The notes under the pieces are model-generated. The model was not told the origin of the DNA, made no database searches, and worked only from the letters and a program-made list of their open reading frames with translations. The translations under genes were made by a program, and so were the position numbers. A DNA stretch of 64,000 nt from a virus, in the IMG/VR virus record IMGVR_UViG_3300044632_001218. One strand, given 5' to 3'. This document shows positions 26,573-33,708 of the stretch, in pieces (the stretch's first letter is position 1; every line of letters begins with the position of its first letter).

Positions 26573-27021
26573 TTTTTTGAATTTCTTTTATTTCTTTGTT
26601 GTTGACTTCTTGTTGCCCATCTAACATTTCCTGGTTCATAATGACCATTGTTGTCTATTCTGTCTAATGAATAATCTGATGATGGTCTTTCTCCCAAATT
26701 ATTGATAATGTATTCTTTGAATGATTCATAGGTATCCCATTTTTCATGTAATTTAATACCTCTTCCACCATAATCTTTGTAATTTATTTTATTAGGATTA
26801 TTGCATCTTTGATTTATTTGATGATAACAGTCATACAAATAACTTTTCCAATCTCCATGTTTTGTATTTTTACTTTTCCTTGACTGATTGGCACAATCAT
26901 TACATTTATTTTGCTTTCTTAAACAATCTCTTCTAATAATAAATTGATTTCCACAATCACAAATTACATTGTCATAGTATTTGTTTCCAATTCTATGACT
27001 AAAATCTAAAACTTTTAACAT
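26569..27021 (-). CDS. HNH homing endonuclease
   Basis: CDCG..C..C Zn module; DYGGRGI...SLDRIDNNGHYEPGNVRWAT; only convincing minus-strand protein gene. Confidence 0.85.
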   Translation of the reverse strand: MLKVLDFSHRIGNKYYDNVICDCGNQFIIRRDCLRKQNKCNDCANQSRKSKNTKHGDWKSYLYDCYHQINQRCNNPNKINYKDYGGRGIKLHEKWDTYESFKEYIINNLGERPSSDYSLDRIDNNGHYEPGNVRWATRSQQQRNKRNSKN

Positions 27022-27043
27022 TTAACACAACAGGTAACTGTTT

Positions 27044-27050
27044 TATTTAT
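27044..27050 (-). promoter_or_regulatory. T4-like late promoter for the HNH gene
   Basis: ATAAATA on the minus strand 22 nt upstream of the ATG. Confidence 0.6.
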
Positions 27051-27080
27051 CAAAGAGGACAGTGGGTATAAAGTTATCTT

Positions 27081-27149
27081 GTGACACTTGTGCAACTGTC
27101 CACTATGCCTTGACTTTTGACCTTAAATCTGTTATCATTACAAAGTAAT
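27081..27149 (+). promoter_or_regulatory. Early promoter cassette P8 (with -35)
   Basis: GTGACACTTGTGCAACTGTCCA; TTGACT-17-TATCAT. Confidence 0.85.
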
Positions 27150-27159
27150 CTAAAAACAA

Positions 27160-27285
27160 ATGCCTACTACTTACAATTTCACTGGTGATGCTATTACCTT
27201 CCTTGGTCTGGTTGGTGTCATTAGCACTTCCATTATTGTTATTACTGTCTTTCGTCGTTATTTCAATAGTCCCTACATCAAATGA
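27160..27285 (+). CDS. Single-pass membrane peptide (41 aa)
   Basis: TFLGLVGVISTSIIVITVF followed by RRY. Confidence 0.65.
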   Translation: MPTTYNFTGDAITFLGLVGVISTSIIVITVFRRYFNSPYIK

Positions 27286-27491
27286 AAAGCATCCAAGAGT
27301 ACGAAAAAGACCTCAAAGAAGCAAAGAAGAGGTATGATAAACTGACTAAACAGATTAGGAATTGTAAGTCTGAATATCAGTATGAAATCATGTGTGAAGA
27401 CCTTGAAGATTGTAGGCAAGATGTATTTGAACTGCAACTTATCATCAAAGACTTACGACAACAGAAAAAACTTGCTGAAATTGATGTATAG
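27282..27491 (+). CDS. Coiled-coil hypothetical protein
   Basis: ORF track. Confidence 0.7.
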   Translation: MKSIQEYEKDLKEAKKRYDKLTKQIRNCKSEYQYEIMCEDLEDCRQDVFELQLIIKDLRQQKKLAEIDV

Positions 27492-27494
27492 CAT

Positions 27495-27562
27495 GTGACA
27501 CTTGTAAAACTGGCACTGTAAATGAGCACAGTGCCAGTTTTTATGCTATCATGTATTCATGA
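27495..27562 (+). promoter_or_regulatory. Early promoter cassette P9 (leaderless type)
   Basis: GTGACACTTGTAAAACTGGCAC, 30 nt, TATCAT-6-ATG. Confidence 0.85.
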
Positions 27563-27744
27563 CAAACAAACAAATGAACTTTCAAGATTATTCTGTTAGC
27601 AAACCCAGTAATGAATGGTTTGAGGATAGTTGTAGAGTGTGGGCAGAATATTATAGTTTCTTGCTTGGACTTAGCATCTGGGATGATGCAGAAAAAGCAT
27701 GGTTTGAGGATCAATTTAATTTCAACAAAATCTACGATGTCTAA
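27559..27744 (+). CDS. Hypothetical protein
   Basis: ORF track. Confidence 0.7.
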   Translation: MTNKQMNFQDYSVSKPSNEWFEDSCRVWAEYYSFLLGLSIWDDAEKAWFEDQFNFNKIYDV

Positions 27745-27871
27745 TAAAGTTTGGAAAGGTGTCTGCCTGTGCGTTATCCTGCTTGTGGGAGATCCTTTCA
27801 TTAACTTGCCACAGGTTAATGCTATGCCTGTGACACAAGTTGAAGTGGCACATAACACTCCCAAAACCTAA
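27737..27871 (+). CDS. Small hydrophobic protein
   Basis: In-frame ATG; 3' end encodes the P10 palindrome. Confidence 0.5.
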   Translation: MSNKVWKGVCLCVILLVGDPFINLPQVNAMPVTQVEVAHNTPKT

Positions 27872-27897
27872 GTTTATGTGCTATGATGATTACATCA
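27830..27897 (+). promoter_or_regulatory. Early promoter cassette P10
   Basis: GTGACACAAGTTGAAGTGGCAC, 30 nt, TGC-TATGAT, TGATG-ATTA-CATCA. Confidence 0.8.
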
Positions 27898-27911
27898 ACA
27901 GTTGAGGAAAC

Positions 27912-28052
27912 ATGATTGACACTTGTAGATTGCATGATGATTTAGAGGGTTTTGCATCCTATTTGGGTGTTGATTATGATGATTATTATCAACTCATTTA
28001 TCATCTTCCTGATGAGGATGAGTCTGATTTAGAAGTAGAACTCACTGCTTGA
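27912..28052 (+). CDS. Small acidic protein (46 aa), paralog of 11175-11315
   Basis: GAGGA RBS; GFASYLGVDYDDY. Confidence 0.7.
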   Translation: MIDTCRLHDDLEGFASYLGVDYDDYYQLIYHLPDEDESDLEVELTA

Positions 28053-28113
28053 TTTATAGGAATGTGTTTGCCTTAAAGTTACACAACTTTGTTCACTTAC
28101 CACTTTCTTTATT

Positions 28114-28284
28114 ATGTCTATCAATCTGATGTCTCTTGCTGCTGATCTTGCTGATACCAATTTCGCTGCTTCTCAACTCATTATGAGTCTGCAAAGTGCA
28201 CAAAATGGTGCTGAACTTGTTGAAGCACTTGATGCTTATGACAGCACAGTTATTGATAGTGTGACTGAACCTGTTGCTGCTTGA
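28114..28284 (+). CDS. Small acidic protein (56 aa), paralog of 33229-33408
   Basis: AQNGAELVEALDA. Confidence 0.65.
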   Translation: MSINLMSLAADLADTNFAASQLIMSLQSAQNGAELVEALDAYDSTVIDSVTEPVAA

Positions 28285-28292
28285 TAATAAAT

Positions 28293-28312
28293 AGGGGCAC
28301 AATGCCCCTTTC
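28293..28312 (+). terminator. Putative terminator overlapping a late promoter (ATAAATA 28287-28293)
   Basis: AGGGGCA-CAA-TGCCCCT followed by T-rich tail. Confidence 0.55.
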
Positions 28313-28335
28313 CTTTTCTATACACTTCTAAGACA

Positions 28336-28458
28336 ATGACTCCCAACTGGATACACAATTCAGGCAAGAAAAAGAATCCCAGAGGTGTGTCCAAAGGGAA
28401 GATTAAAGCACGTAAACAAGTATTGCAATCAATAAAGGCAAAGTATAAAGTATCATGA
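28336..28458 (+). CDS. Basic peptide (40 aa)
   Basis: MTPNWIHNSGKKKNPRG...; K/R-rich. Confidence 0.6.
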   Translation: MTPNWIHNSGKKKNPRGVSKGKIKARKQVLQSIKAKYKVS

Positions 28459-28664
28459 TCCACAAGCATACTCTACAAACAGCAGCAGCATTTGATAGAA
28501 TTGATGATGCTTTGCTTGGTAAAACTGATGATAGTTTGAGTGAACTAATTGAAGATCTTGAGCATTTATTGTATAGGGCAAAAGAGATTTATAACACAGC
28601 AGCAGCATTTAGTGATGGATCTGATTATGAAATAGTGACACAATGTGACCTTCCTAAAGTATAG
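28455..28664 (+). CDS. Hypothetical protein
   Basis: ORF track. Confidence 0.65.
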   Translation: MIHKHTLQTAAAFDRIDDALLGKTDDSLSELIEDLEHLLYRAKEIYNTAAAFSDGSDYEIVTQCDLPKV

Positions 28665-28668
28665 TGAT

Positions 28669-28737
28669 GTGCCAGTTGTGGAACTGGTCGCTATAATCCC
28701 CAAAACTCCTGAAACTGTGCTATCATACACAGTATGA
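28669..28737 (+). promoter_or_regulatory. Early promoter cassette P11 (leaderless type)
   Basis: GTGCCAGTTGTGGAACTGGTCG, 30 nt, TATCAT-7-ATG. Confidence 0.85.
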
Positions 28738-29150
28738 ACAAACAAACCACTCTCATGACTGAAAAAGTTATTGATAAGATTGAAGAAATGTGTCAAGTTC
28801 TTCGTACTAACTACCAGTCTTATTCTATTGCAAGGCACAGAGATTACATTGCCAAAGGTGATAGTGTAGAATGGCATCAACAGCAGATTGATAAACTCTG
28901 TGAAGGTGAAGGTGTTGATGAATACACTTACACCAAAGGCAGAAAGTATGCCAAGATTATTCATGTTACCAATGACAGTAAGCAACGCAGTGCTCATGCA
29001 TTTGTGAACCTGAATACTGGTGATGTATACAAATCTGCAACTTGGTCTGCACCTGCATTGAATGGTGTAAGGTATAATCTTCTTGATGACAAATCTCGTG
29101 AAGAGATGTATCAACGTGCTGATTGGGCAGGTTCTTATTTGTATAAATGA
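28734..29150 (+). CDS. Conserved phage early hypothetical protein
   Basis: GRKYAKI...AHAFVNLNTGDVYKSATWSAPA..VRYNL. Confidence 0.75.
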   Translation: MNKQTTLMTEKVIDKIEEMCQVLRTNYQSYSIARHRDYIAKGDSVEWHQQQIDKLCEGEGVDEYTYTKGRKYAKIIHVTNDSKQRSAHAFVNLNTGDVYKSATWSAPALNGVRYNLLDDKSREEMYQRADWAGSYLYK

Positions 29151-29317
29151 ATTATCTTTGTTTGGTTGATGGTGTTGTTGAGTATGGCAGCACCAGTTTG
29201 AGTGACTTTGTTCACTATCAGTTGGTGTATGCTGAAGAACACAAGTATGCTAATGTAGAGTATCTTACTCTCACTGATAAAGAGTATGCTAACCTGTTTC
29301 CTGTTGAAGAAGAATGA
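29147..29317 (+). CDS. Hypothetical protein (56 aa)
   Basis: Manual ORF, ATGA-coupled. Confidence 0.65.
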   Translation: MNYLCLVDGVVEYGSTSLSDFVHYQLVYAEEHKYANVEYLTLTDKEYANLFPVEEE

Positions 29318-29433
29318 AATCTGCACTGTTTTGTATCACTTGCCTTGCAATCTTGAACATTGTTAATGCTTTTGCTGACCAACAAATGAAACATGATACA
29401 CAAAAAATGATTCACCAAAGTTCTACAATGTGA
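29314..29433 (+). CDS. Small protein with signal-like N-terminus (39 aa)
   Basis: Manual ORF, ATGA-coupled. Confidence 0.5.
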   Translation: MKSALFCITCLAILNIVNAFADQQMKHDTQKMIHQSSTM

Positions 29434-29496
29434 CAGTTGTAGAACTGGTCGCTATTTTTACCAAAACCCCTGAAAACGTGCTACCATACATGTATG
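29430..29496 (+). promoter_or_regulatory. Early promoter cassette P12 (leaderless type)
   Basis: GTGACAGTTGTAGAACTGGTCG, 30 nt, TACCAT-6-ATG. Confidence 0.85.
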
Positions 29497-29652
29497 ATAA
29501 ATCAAAACGACATGAAAGTGTTTAAGATTGTTGATGTTTGGTCTAATCGAACTCACACAGTTAATGCACAGAATCAAGAAATTGCAATTAGGAAAGTTGC
29601 AGATCAAGTTAATCACTTTGGTCTGCTAGTTGTGAGCATGAATCTACTCTGA
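29494..29652 (+). CDS. Hypothetical protein (52 aa)
   Basis: Manual ORF from the +1 ATG. Confidence 0.6.
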   Translation: MINQNDMKVFKIVDVWSNRTHTVNAQNQEIAIRKVADQVNHFGLLVVSMNLL

Positions 29653-29720
29653 GTGACACTTGTAGAACTGTCCACTTATGCTTGACTTTTTGGTGAATCT
29701 ATGGTATCATACATGTATGA
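29653..29720 (+). promoter_or_regulatory. Early promoter cassette P13 (-35, leaderless)
   Basis: GTGACACTTGTAGAACTGTCCA; TTGACT-17-TATCAT-6-ATG. Confidence 0.88.
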
Positions 29721-29866
29721 AAGATAAGTTTATGACTGATTCCACTCTTGATCTCTTCTGTGATCATGCAGATACACAAATGGCAGAAGAGTATGCTATG
29801 GAACTTGAAGCAAAAGCAGCAGAACTAGAAATAACTGTTGACTATTATATTGCTGAGTTCCTTTGA
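29717..29866 (+). CDS. Small acidic protein
   Basis: MEEAKAAELEITVDYYIAEFL-type acidic helix; starts at the +1 ATG. Confidence 0.7.
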   Translation: MKDKFMTDSTLDLFCDHADTQMAEEYAMELEAKAAELEITVDYYIAEFL

Positions 29867-29883
29867 TTATTAACAACAACATT

Positions 29884-30558
29884 ATGCAAACCCAAACTAA
29901 GTTTAATCACCTCAATCTGCCTATTCTTGCAGATATTCCCACTGAAACTGTGGATGGTTCACGTCGTTATGTTGTGAATGGTAAACTGTTGCCTTCTGTC
30001 ACTACAGTTACTTCCTATCAGAATCGCAAATCTATTGCAGAGTGGAGGGAACGTGTAGGTGTTGATGTAGCAAATCAAATTAGTCAATTTGCATCAAACA
30101 ATGGCACTAAGTTCCACAAAATTGTGGAAGATTATGTCAACAATCTTGATGTAGATTATGATACTGAGAAGTATGAAGTTGCACTGAAATTGTTCAATCA
30201 ATTCAAGGCACTTCTTGATGATGTGAATAACATTCACTATCAGGAATGTGCCCTGTATTCTGAACAACTTGGAATTGCAGGTCGTGTAGATTGTATTGCA
30301 GAATACAATGGTAAACTGTCTGTAATTGACTTCAAGAGTTCTTCTAAACCAAAGTATGAAAATCAGATTCAAAACTATTTTGTTCAGGAGACTGGTTATG
30401 CTATGATGTATGAGGAAATGACTGGTCAAAAAGTAGAACAAATTGTGACCTTGATTTCTTGTCATTCAGGTGAAACGCAAGTTTTTATTAAGAACCCTGA
30501 TGATTATGTTGATACTCTCAAGCAATACATTCAGGAATACAATAACAAAGGTAACTGA
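29884..30558 (+). CDS. PD-(D/E)xK (Cas4/RecB-like) exonuclease
   Basis: PSVTTV...GTKFH...ECALYS..IAGRVDCI...IDFKSS...YFVQETGYA. Confidence 0.85.
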   Translation: MQTQTKFNHLNLPILADIPTETVDGSRRYVVNGKLLPSVTTVTSYQNRKSIAEWRERVGVDVANQISQFASNNGTKFHKIVEDYVNNLDVDYDTEKYEVALKLFNQFKALLDDVNNIHYQECALYSEQLGIAGRVDCIAEYNGKLSVIDFKSSSKPKYENQIQNYFVQETGYAMMYEEMTGQKVEQIVTLISCHSGETQVFIKNPDDYVDTLKQYIQEYNNKGN

Positions 30559-30561
30559 GTT

Positions 30562-30885
30562 ATGATTTATGAAGTGGAAGTTCGTCCAGGTCCTAACACT
30601 GAGTTCTTTCAATACTACACAGAAACTGTAGAGGCACCTACCTCACATGATGCTGTTGCAAGAGTTCAACGTGCAAATCCTGGTTGTGTTGTGAGAACAA
30701 CTAACTCATGGAGTGAGTATAGTGATAATGAATCTGAATCTAGTTCATCATCAGAAATTAGTGGAGGTTTAGTACTCATTGGTCTTGTAGTGATGTTGTT
30801 AATCTATGCCTGGAAGTGGATTCTACTTATTGGTGCAATTTCATTGGTAATTTGGTTCATCATTCAATTTGTAAATGATAACTAA
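30562..30885 (+). CDS. Membrane-anchored hypothetical protein
   Basis: Small N-terminal domain, Ser-rich linker, C-terminal hydrophobic helices. Confidence 0.7.
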   Translation: MIYEVEVRPGPNTEFFQYYTETVEAPTSHDAVARVQRANPGCVVRTTNSWSEYSDNESESSSSSEISGGLVLIGLVVMLLIYAWKWILLIGAISLVIWFIIQFVNDN

Positions 30886-30896
30886 ATAACTTTTTT

Positions 30897-30968
30897 GCTA
30901 GTGTAGCACAGTGGTAGTGCAATGGTTTTGTAAACCATAGGTCGCAAGTTCAAATCTTGTCACTAGCT
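30897..30968 (+). tRNA. trnT: tRNA-Thr(TGT)
   Basis: Cloverleaf; loop TTTGTAA; preceded by CTAAATA at 30882. Confidence 0.93.
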
Positions 30969-31005
30969 TTTATTCCACAAATGTGTGGCATTTGGATGAT
31001 ACCAT

Positions 31006-31073
31006 GTGCCAGTTGTAGAACTGTCACACGAAATGAGCACATCCCCCAAAAGTGTGCTATCATACATGTATGA
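31006..31073 (+). promoter_or_regulatory. Early promoter cassette P14 (leaderless type)
   Basis: GTGCCAGTTGTAGAACTGTCAC, 30 nt, TATCAT-6-ATG. Confidence 0.88.
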
Positions 31074-31306
31074 AAAATCAAATTGCATCTGAAATCTTCC
31101 ACTATCACACTAACTGGAAGGAAGGTAAAGTGAATCAAATGTGGATTCAAGAAATTGAAGAATCCCATGATGTTTATAAGTATGTTGCTATTGCTTTCAA
31201 TCCTGAGAAGAATGTGAGTATGGTGATGTCCAATCCTCGTGGATATTATGATACTCTGCTGTGGGTGCGCAAGTGGTGCGGAACTTTCTCTATTCTCCCT
31301 GTTTGA
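31070..31306 (+). CDS. Hypothetical protein
   Basis: Starts at the +1 ATG. Confidence 0.7.
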   Translation: MKNQIASEIFHYHTNWKEGKVNQMWIQEIEESHDVYKYVAIAFNPEKNVSMVMSNPRGYYDTLLWVRKWCGTFSILPV

Positions 31307-31315
31307 TTATATCAT

Positions 31316-31383
31316 GTGCCAGTTGTAGAACTGGTCGCTATATTTACCGAAACCACTGAAACTGTGCTACCATACTAGTATGG
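31316..31383 (+). promoter_or_regulatory. Early promoter cassette P15 (leaderless type)
   Basis: GTGCCAGTTGTAGAACTGGTCG, 30 nt, TACCAT-6-ATG. Confidence 0.88.
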
Positions 31384-31655
31384 AAAAACAAATGACTGAC
31401 TTCCCCACAATTAAATCTAAAGATGGCACAATGGTAGTGTCATTTTATCCTGTCAAAACACCTTTTGGTGATATATCTGAAACCTGGACACTTAAGGTGC
31501 TTGAGTGGAAAGGAATTGAGACAATTTCCAAGAAGTTCATTAACAAAGTTGAGAAGAAAGTTCAACTGCGTGAGTATGCTGGTTTTGGTTACATTGTGAC
31601 CAAAGATAACAGCAACCTTCCGCAACTTGGTAATCCTATGGCAGGTGCTTGCTGA
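31380..31655 (+). CDS. Hypothetical protein
   Basis: ORF track. Confidence 0.7.
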   Translation: MEKQMTDFPTIKSKDGTMVVSFYPVKTPFGDISETWTLKVLEWKGIETISKKFINKVEKKVQLREYAGFGYIVTKDNSNLPQLGNPMAGAC

Positions 31656-31849
31656 TGAATGAAACTGTGCAACTGAAACTGAATAGAATTATGAGTGATC
31701 TTGAGCAGGCAATCTATGAATCAGAGACTGCAATCAATGATCCTGAGAAAGGTTATCCCTATGCTGCTGGGTATAGTAGAGCAGCAATGAAATCTGTTTT
31801 AGATGATGTTCAACTCCTTAAATCTTACCTTGAAAATGAATCAGACTGA
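31655..31849 (+). CDS. Hypothetical protein
   Basis: KGYPYAAGYSRAAM motif. Confidence 0.7.
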   Translation: MNETVQLKLNRIMSDLEQAIYESETAINDPEKGYPYAAGYSRAAMKSVLDDVQLLKSYLENESD

Positions 31850-32021
31850 TGTGATGGATGCTATTAACAAAGCATTTGCAAAGTTATCCTCAAATCAGAT
31901 GATTTATGATTTCTGGTTATCTGAACTGTATTATCCTAGTGGTGATTTTAACTTGGATAATTGGAATGAACATAGTCTCAAACTCATGCAAAAAGATGTA
32001 TCATCAATGATCGACGAGTGA
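31836..32021 (+). CDS. Hypothetical protein
   Basis: In-frame ATG within the track ORF. Confidence 0.6.
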   Translation: MNQTDVMDAINKAFAKLSSNQMIYDFWLSELYYPSGDFNLDNWNEHSLKLMQKDVSSMIDE

Positions 32022-32031
32022 GTGATACCAT

Positions 32032-32098
32032 GTGCCACTTGTACTAGTGTCACAATACACTTGACAAATCCCTAAAAACGTGCTATCATACAGGTATG
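32032..32098 (+). promoter_or_regulatory. Early promoter cassette P16 (-35, leaderless)
   Basis: GTGCCACTTGTACTAGTGTCAC; TTGACA-17-TATCAT-6-ATG. Confidence 0.9.
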
Positions 32099-32569
32099 GA
32101 AAAAAACAAAACATTCTCAAAACTAATTTACAACATCTCAAACCCTAAGTGTGTTGTATTTGATCTAGATGCAACTTTGTGTCATCATGGTGATCAATCA
32201 GGGTTTGAAGAATGTGATCAATTCCCTGCTATTGATGCAGTTGTAGATGTTGCAAAGCACTGCAAATCTATGGGATTTGATCTAGTCATTGCTACTGCCA
32301 GACCTGATACATTTGCAGATGGTACAGCATATTGGTTGCAGGAACATTTGCCTGAGTTTGATGCACTCTACATGAAAAATGCAGATGATGATGCAACTGG
32401 TTCCACTGCTAAAGGTCATCAACTGATGGATATTCTTCGCTTTTGGGATGACATTCAATTCTGGGTTGATGATAGTCCTTTCAATGCAAAAGTCATTGAG
32501 GATCATGCTGTAACCTGTATTCGTCCTTCCCACAATGATGCTTTCTGGGCAGATTATGGTGACCAATGA
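32096..32569 (+). CDS. HAD-family phosphatase resembling the PseT (T4 PNK) 3'-phosphatase domain
   Basis: VVFDLDATL, VIATAR, LYMK..DD....K, WVDDSP. Confidence 0.75.
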   Translation: MEKNKTFSKLIYNISNPKCVVFDLDATLCHHGDQSGFEECDQFPAIDAVVDVAKHCKSMGFDLVIATARPDTFADGTAYWLQEHLPEFDALYMKNADDDATGSTAKGHQLMDILRFWDDIQFWVDDSPFNAKVIEDHAVTCIRPSHNDAFWADYGDQ

Positions 32570-32645
32570 TCCTAAAATGCTAGGCAATGTTCTGGCATTT
32601 ATGATTATCCAAATGCACAATGTTGTCTGCCTCCTTTATACTGAT

Positions 32646-32713
32646 GTGCCAGTTGTAGAACCGTCACACGAAATGAGCACAGACCCCAAAAATGTGCTAC
32701 CATACTAGTATGG
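32646..32713 (+). promoter_or_regulatory. Early promoter cassette P17 (leaderless type)
   Basis: GTGCCAGTTGTAGAACCGTCAC, 30 nt, TACCAT-6-ATG. Confidence 0.88.
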
Positions 32714-33186
32714 AAAAACAAAACAACACTCAAACCAACCAAATGATTGCTCTTCAAACTAACATTCAACCTGTTGCCCTTACTGTTGACAACTATCTGA
32801 CTGAGGTTAGTGATACTCTGCGCAGTAAGATTGAAGAATTGATGGAAGATTCTTTCCATCTTGATGATATGCTGGACTTCATCAATGAGCATGGCGATGA
32901 TAATTTCATCAACTATTATGATGATTATGTTCGCTTTGGTGAGGACAATTCCTATGCTGCTGTTGATGCTTTCATTGAAGAGTTTGGTATTCATGAAGTA
33001 GAAAGGTTTGAGGATGCCTATCATGGAGAATGGGAAACTCCTGAGATCTTTGCTGAAGTCTACTGTGATGACATGGGATATAAAGTTCCTGAGTTTGTTG
33101 TGGTAGATTGGGAAGCAACCTGGGAACAAAATCTCCAATATAATTATGCTTTCAACAATGGATTCGTGTTCATCAAGAACTACTGA
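32710..33186 (+). CDS. ardA: ArdA-like antirestriction (DNA-mimic) protein
   Basis: Highly acidic; FEDAYHGEWETPEIFAEVY...VPEFVVVDWEATW...Y...NGFVF resembles the ArdA C-terminal domain. Confidence 0.6.
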   Translation: MEKQNNTQTNQMIALQTNIQPVALTVDNYLTEVSDTLRSKIEELMEDSFHLDDMLDFINEHGDDNFINYYDDYVRFGEDNSYAAVDAFIEEFGIHEVERFEDAYHGEWETPEIFAEVYCDDMGYKVPEFVVVDWEATWEQNLQYNYAFNNGFVFIKNY

Positions 33187-33228
33187 ATCACACTCTTTCA
33201 CTAACACTTTTTCACTCCAATTAACATC

Positions 33229-33408
33229 ATGACTGCTACTCTGAACCTGCCTAAAACTGCTGCTATGGTGATGCTTGCAAAGGCACAAACTGGTGATGAT
33301 CTTCTCACTGTACTGGATGCAGTTGTAGATACTCAAGAGGATCAAGTTCCTGTGCCTGATGATGCCTACATCATGGAGAATGATTATGATGATACCATTG
33401 ATTTCTGA
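33229..33408 (+). CDS. Small acidic protein (59 aa), paralog of 28114-28284
   Basis: AQTGDDLLTVLDA. Confidence 0.65.
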   Translation: MTATLNLPKTAAMVMLAKAQTGDDLLTVLDAVVDTQEDQVPVPDDAYIMENDYDDTIDF

Positions 33409-33424
33409 TCCTGGGTGATACCAT

Positions 33425-33493
33425 GTGCCACTAATTAAAGTGGCACAAACATTTACCAAAACCCCTGAATCCGTGCTATCATACATGTATGAT
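33425..33493 (+). promoter_or_regulatory. Early promoter cassette P18 (leaderless type)
   Basis: GTGCCACTAATTAAAGTGGCAC, 30 nt, TATCAT-6-ATG. Confidence 0.9.
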
Positions 33494-33698
33494 GAATGAG
33501 AAAAGCAACCAAATGCAAGTTTATGTGGTGATCGGTGGGCATGATTATGAAGGAGAATCTTTTGATTCTCTGAAAATGTTTGATTGCAAGTCTGCTGCTG
33601 AAGCATACAAGAATCACCTGGAAGTTGAGTGGAGTTATGATTATGTTCTGATGCGTGAGCAAGATGTAATCATGGAGTCTGCTATTGCTGCTGCCTAA
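33489..33698 (+). CDS. Hypothetical protein
   Basis: ORF track. Confidence 0.7.
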   Translation: MMNEKSNQMQVYVVIGGHDYEGESFDSLKMFDCKSAAEAYKNHLEVEWSYDYVLMREQDVIMESAIAAA

Positions 33699-33708
33699 AT
33701 GATACCAT

